Source: Mobula hypostoma
Lineage: Eukaryota
DNA length: 64,000 nucleotides
Assembly: GCF_963921235.1 (NCBI RefSeq)
Contig: NC_086108.1
Span: forward strand, 12,524,001-12,588,000
Reading direction: 5' to 3'
Shown here: positions 59,095-64,000 of the stretch, piece after piece
Numbering within the stretch: the stretch's first letter is position 1
Layout: each line of letters begins with the position of its first letter
Program-made: the position numbers and the translations under genes
The notes under the pieces: generated by a model
The model's database searches: none
Told to the model about the DNA's origin: nothing
What the model saw: only the letters and a program-made list of their open reading frames with translations

Positions 59095-60476
59095 TCTCAC
59101 AGAGTCCTCACAGTGACTGTCCACAGAGACCTCACGGTTACCATCCACTGAGAACTCACGGTGACTGTCCACAGAGACCTCACGGTTACCGTCCACTGAG
59201 ACCTCATGGTGACTGTCCACAGAGACCTCATGGTTACCGTCCACTGAGACCTCATGGTGAATGTCCACTGAGACCTCATGGTTACCATCCACTGAGACCT
59301 CATGGTGAATGTCCACTGAGACCTCATGGTGACTGTCCACTGAGACCTCACGATTACCATCCACTGAGACCTCATGGTGACAGTCCACAGAGACCTCACG
59401 GTTACCATCCACTGAGACCTCACGGTGACAGTCCACAGAGACCTCACGGCGACAGTCCACAGAGACCTCACGGTTACCGTCCACTGAGACCTCATGGTGA
59501 ATGTCCACAGAGACCTCATGGTGACAGTCCATAGAGACCTCACAGTTACCATCCACGGAGACCTCACGGTTACCGTCCACTGAGACCTCATGGTGAATGT
59601 CCACTGAGACCTCATGGTGACAGTCCACAGAGACCTCATGGTGACAGTCCACAGAGACCTCACAGTGACTGTCCACTGAGACCTCACAGTGACCATCAAA
59701 AGAAACCCCTCAGTGTCCATCCACAAAGAACTCACAGTGACTGACAACAGAAACCTCACAGTGATTGACCACAGAAACCTCTATGGAAACCTCAAACTGA
59801 CTGTCAATGGAATCTTCACAATTGGCTGTCCACTGAGACATCACAGTGACTGACCACAGAGACCTCACACCGATTGTCCACAGAAGCATCGCAAGACTGC
59901 CCACAGAGATATCACTGTCACCATCCACAGTGACCTCACAGTGCATGTCCATAGAGACCTCACAGTGATTGACAACAGAGACCTTACAGTGACTCTCCAT
60001 GGATACCTCACAGTGACTCTCCATGGATACCTCACAGTGACTGTGCACACAGATCGCACAATGACTGTCCACACAGATCTCACATTGACTGTCCACACAG
60101 ATCTCACAGTGACTGTCCATGGAGATCTCACAGTGACTGTCCACACAGATCTCACAGTGACTGTCCACACAGATCGCACAATGACTGTCCACACAGATCT
60201 CACCGTGACTGTCCACGGAGATATCACCGTGACTGTGCACACAGAGCTCACCGTGACTGTGCACACAGATCTCACAGTGACTGTCCATGGAGATCTCACA
60301 GTGACTGTCCACACAGATCTCACAGTGACTGTCCATGGGAGATCTCACAGTAACTGTCCACACAGATCTCACAGTGACTGCCCATGGAGATCTCACAGTG
60401 ACTGTCCACACAGATCTCACAGTGACTGTCCATGGAGATCTCACAGTGACTGTCCACACAGATCTCACAGTGACTG
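59095..60476. repeat. 24-bp tandem repeat (consensus TCACAGTGACTGTCCACA[C/G]AGA[T/C]C), left block
   Basis: 8-aa periodic ORFs (VRSVWTVT) in several frames. Confidence 0.95.
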
Positions 60477-63400
60477 TGAAGGGAGAGAGAAAAAAAGGGG
60501 AGAGGTCCTGAAAGAAGAATAGAGGGAGTTAGGAAGGGAATTGACAAAAAGGACAAAAAAGGTAGTAATCTCGGGATTACTGCCTGTGCTACACGACAGT
60601 GAGGGTAGGAACGCAATGAGATGTAGGATAAATGCGTGGCTGAGGGATTGGAGCAAGGGGCAGGGATTCAGTTTTTTGGATCATTGGGACCACTATTGGC
60701 GCAGGTGTGACCTGTACAAAGGGTACAGGTTGCACTGGAATCATAGGGGGACCAATATCTTGGTGGGGAGATTTGCGAGGGCTATTGAGGTGACTTTAAA
60801 CTAGAACGGTTGGGGGGAGGGAATCAAATTAAGGAGACTAGGAGAGGGGAGGTTGATGTAGGGGAAAAAGAAGAAGAAGATAATAAAGTTGTCTGCTCAA
60901 TTAAGGATAAACAGAGAGTGGGAGGTGGAGAGTTTCTTAAATGCATCTATTTTAATTCTAGGAGCATTGTAAGAAAGGTGGATGAGCTTAGCGCATGGAT
61001 TGATACCTGGAAATATGATGTTGTAGCTATTAGTGAAACGCAGTTACAGGAGGGGTGTGATTGGCAACTAAATATTCCAGGATTTCATTGTTTCAGGTGT
61101 GATAGAATAGGAGGGACAAGAGGGGGAGGGGTTGCATTGCTTGTCAGAGATTATATAACAGCGGTGCTCTGGCAGGATAGATTAGTGGACTCGTCCAGGG
61201 AGGCTATTTGGGTGGAATTGAGGAATAGGAAAGGTGTTGTGACGCTTATAGGGGTGTATTATAGACCACCTAATGGGGAGCGAGAACTGGAGGAGCAAAT
61301 TTGTAAGGAGATAGCAGATATTTGTAGTAAGCACAAGGTTGTGATTGTGGGAGATTTTAATTTTCCACACATAGACTGGGAAGCCCATTCTGTAAAAGGG
61401 CTCGATGGTTTGGAGTTTGCAAAATGTGTGCAGGATAGTTTTTTTGAAACAATACATAGAGGTACCAACTAGAGAAGGGGCAGTGTTAGATCTCCTGTTA
61501 GGGAATGAGACAAGGCAGGTGATGGAGGTATTTGTTGGGGAGAAGTTCGGGTCCAGTGATCACAATACCATTAGTTTCTGTGTAATTATGGAGAAGGATA
61601 GGACTGGACCTAGGATTGAGATTTTTGATTGGAGAAAGGCTAACTTTGAGGACATGCAAAAGGATTTAGAAGCAGTGGATTGGGACAATTTGTTTTATGG
61701 GAAGGATGTAACAGAGAAATGGAGGTCATTTAAAGGTGAAATTTTGAGGGTTCGGAATCTTTATGTTCCTGTTAGGTTGAAAGGAAAGGTTAAAAGTTTG
61801 AGAGAGCCATGGTCTTCAAGAGATATTAGAAACTTGGTTCAGAAAAAGAGAGGGATCTTCTATAAATATAGGCAGCTTGGAGTTAATGAGGAACTCGAGG
61901 AAAATGAAGAATGTAAAAAGAATCCTAAGAAAGAAATTAGAAAAGCTAAAAGAAAAAACGAGGCTGCTTTGGCAAGTAAGGTGAAAATAAATCCAAAGGG
62001 TTTCTACAGTTATGTTAGTGGCAAAAGGATAATGAGGGATAAAGTTGGTCCCTTAGAGAATCAGAGTGGATGGCTATGTGTGGAGTCAAAAGAGATGGGG
62101 GAGATTTTGAACAATTTCTTTTCTTCCGTATTCACTAAGAAGAAGGATATTGAATTGTGTAAGGTAAAGGGAACAAGTAGGGTAGTTATGACAACTATGA
62201 CAATTAAAGAAAAGGAAGTACTGACACTTTTAATAAATATAAAAGTGGATAAGTCTCCGGGTCCAGACAAGATATTCCCTAGGACTTTGAGGGAAGTTAG
62301 TGTAGAAATAGCAGGGGCTCTGACAGAAATATTTCAAATGTCATTAGAAACGGGGATGGTGCCGGAGGATTGGCGTATTGCTCATGTGGTTCCATTGTTT
62401 AAAAAGGGTTCTAAGAGTAAACCTGGCAATTATCGGCCTGTGAGTTTGACGGCAATGGTGGGTAAATTGATGGAAAGTATTCTTAAAGATGGTATATATA
62501 ATTTTCTGGATAGACAGGGTCTGATTAGGAACAGTCAACATGGATTTGTGCATGGAAGATCATGTTTGACAAACCTTACTGAATTTTTTGATGAGGTTAC
62601 TAGGAAAGTTGATGAGGGTAAAATGGTGGATGTTGTCTATATGGACTTCAGTAAGGCCTTTGACAAGGTTCCACACAGAAGGTTAGTTAGGAAGGTTCAA
62701 TCGTTAGGCATTAATATGGAAGTAGTAAAATGGATTCAGCAGTGGCTAGATGGGAGACGCCAGAGAGTAGTGGTAGATAACTGTGTGTCAGATTGGAGGA
62801 CGGTGTGTAGCGGTGTGCCTCAGGGATCTGTACTGGGTCCAATGTTGTTTGTCATATATATTAATGATCTGGATGATGGGGTGGTAAATTGGATAAGTAA
62901 GTATGCAGATGATACTAAGATAGGTGGCGTTGTGGATAATGAAGTAGGTTTTCAAAGCTTGCAGGGAGATTTGGGCCAGTTAGAAGAGTGGGCTGAAAGA
63001 TGGCAGATGGAGTTTAATGCTGAAAAATGTGAGGTATTACATTTTGGTAGAACTAATCAAAATAGGACATACATGGTAAATGGTAGGACATTAAAGAATG
63101 CTTTAGAACAGAGAGATCTAGGAATAATGGTGCATAGTTCCCTGAAGGTGGAATCTCATGTGGTTAGGGTGGTGAAGAAAGCTTTTGGTATGCTGGCCTT
63201 TATTAATCAGAGCATTGAGTATAGGAGTTAGGATGTAATGTTGAATTTGTATAAGGCATTGGTAAGGCCAAATCTGGAGTATTGTGTACAGTTCTGGTCA
63301 CCGAATTATAGGAAAGATGTCAATAAAATTGAGAGAGTACAGAGGAGGTTTACTAAAACGTTGCCTGGGTTTCATCTCCTAAGTTACAGAGAAAGGTTGA

Positions 63401-63822
63401 ACAAGTTAGGTCTTTATTCTTTGGAGCGTAGAAGGTTGAGGGGGGACTTGATAGAGGTGTTTAAAATTATGAGGGGGATTGATAGAGTTGATGTGGTTAG
63501 CCTTTTTCCATTGAGAGTGGGGAAGATTCAAACAAGAGGACATGGGTTGAGAGTTAGAGGACAAAAGTTTAGGGGTAACATGAGGGGGAACTTCTTTACT
63601 CAGAGAGTGGTGGCTGTGTGGAACGAGCTTCCAGCAGAAGTGGTTGAGGCAGGTTCTATGTTGTTGTTTAAAGTTAAATTGGATAGATATATGGACAGGA
63701 AAGGAATGGAGGGTTATGGGCTGAGTGCAGGTCGATGGGATTAGGATAGGGTAAGAGTTCAGCATGGACTAGAAGGGCTGAGACGGCCTGTTTCCATGCT
63801 GTAATTGTTATATGGTTATATA
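60477..63822 (+). mobile_element. CR1 LINE, 5'-truncated within ORF1, inserted into the 24-bp satellite
   Basis: SGNH-esterase-like ORF1 end (60541-60804); APE endonuclease (AISET, GVYYRPP, VGDFNFP, SDHN); RT (KYADDTK). Frameshift in the T run near 61440 and premature TAG at 63229-63231. Tail TATATGGTTATATATG. Confidence 0.95.
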
Positions 63823-64000
63823 TGACTGCCCATGGAGATTTCACAGTGACTGTCCACACAGATCTCATAGTGACTGCCCATGGAGATCTCATGGTGACTG
63901 TCCACACAGATCTCACAGTGACTGTCCACACGGATCTCACAGTGACTGCCCATGGAGATCTCACAGTGACTGTCCATGGAGATCTCACAGTGACTGTCCA
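63823..64000. repeat. 24-bp tandem repeat, right block (runs off the window)
   Basis: Same unit variants as 60060-60476. Confidence 0.95.

Noticed and set aside
59047..60522. Periodic ORFs in the 24-bp repeat, and a possible CRISPR-like array
   Set aside because: Pure tandem satellite, open in several frames on both strands; no unique spacers, no cas genes, eukaryotic context.

Overview
Repeat-dense vertebrate DNA, probably from an elasmobranch (shark or ray), inferred from the V-SINE/HE1-type SINEs and the CR1 families. No host gene could be identified with confidence. The dominant structure is a 25-kb head-to-tail array (26787-51782, minus strand) of one Gypsy/Gmr1-like LTR retroelement. 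It has 7 apparently identical 861-bp LTRs alternating with 6 internal regions, and a single 4-bp target-site duplication (GTAG) brackets the whole array. Each internal region has a tRNA-Pro PBS, a PPT and one ~961-aa ORF: Gag (coiled coil, SCAN-like capsid, CCHC knuckle), aspartic protease, then in-frame but catalytically gutted integrase and RT remnants. The element is therefore non-autonomous yet very recently inserted. The flanks hold CR1, Rex1/Babar-like and RTE LINE fragments, V-SINEs, hAT and Tc1-type MITEs, and Penelope-like GIY-YIG remnants whose termini carry degenerate minimal hammerhead-ribozyme motifs. They also hold a 24-bp satellite split by a CR1, a 47-bp minisatellite and long pyrimidine-rich tracts. 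All comparisons were made by eye or from the ORF track, and most flank boundaries are approximate.
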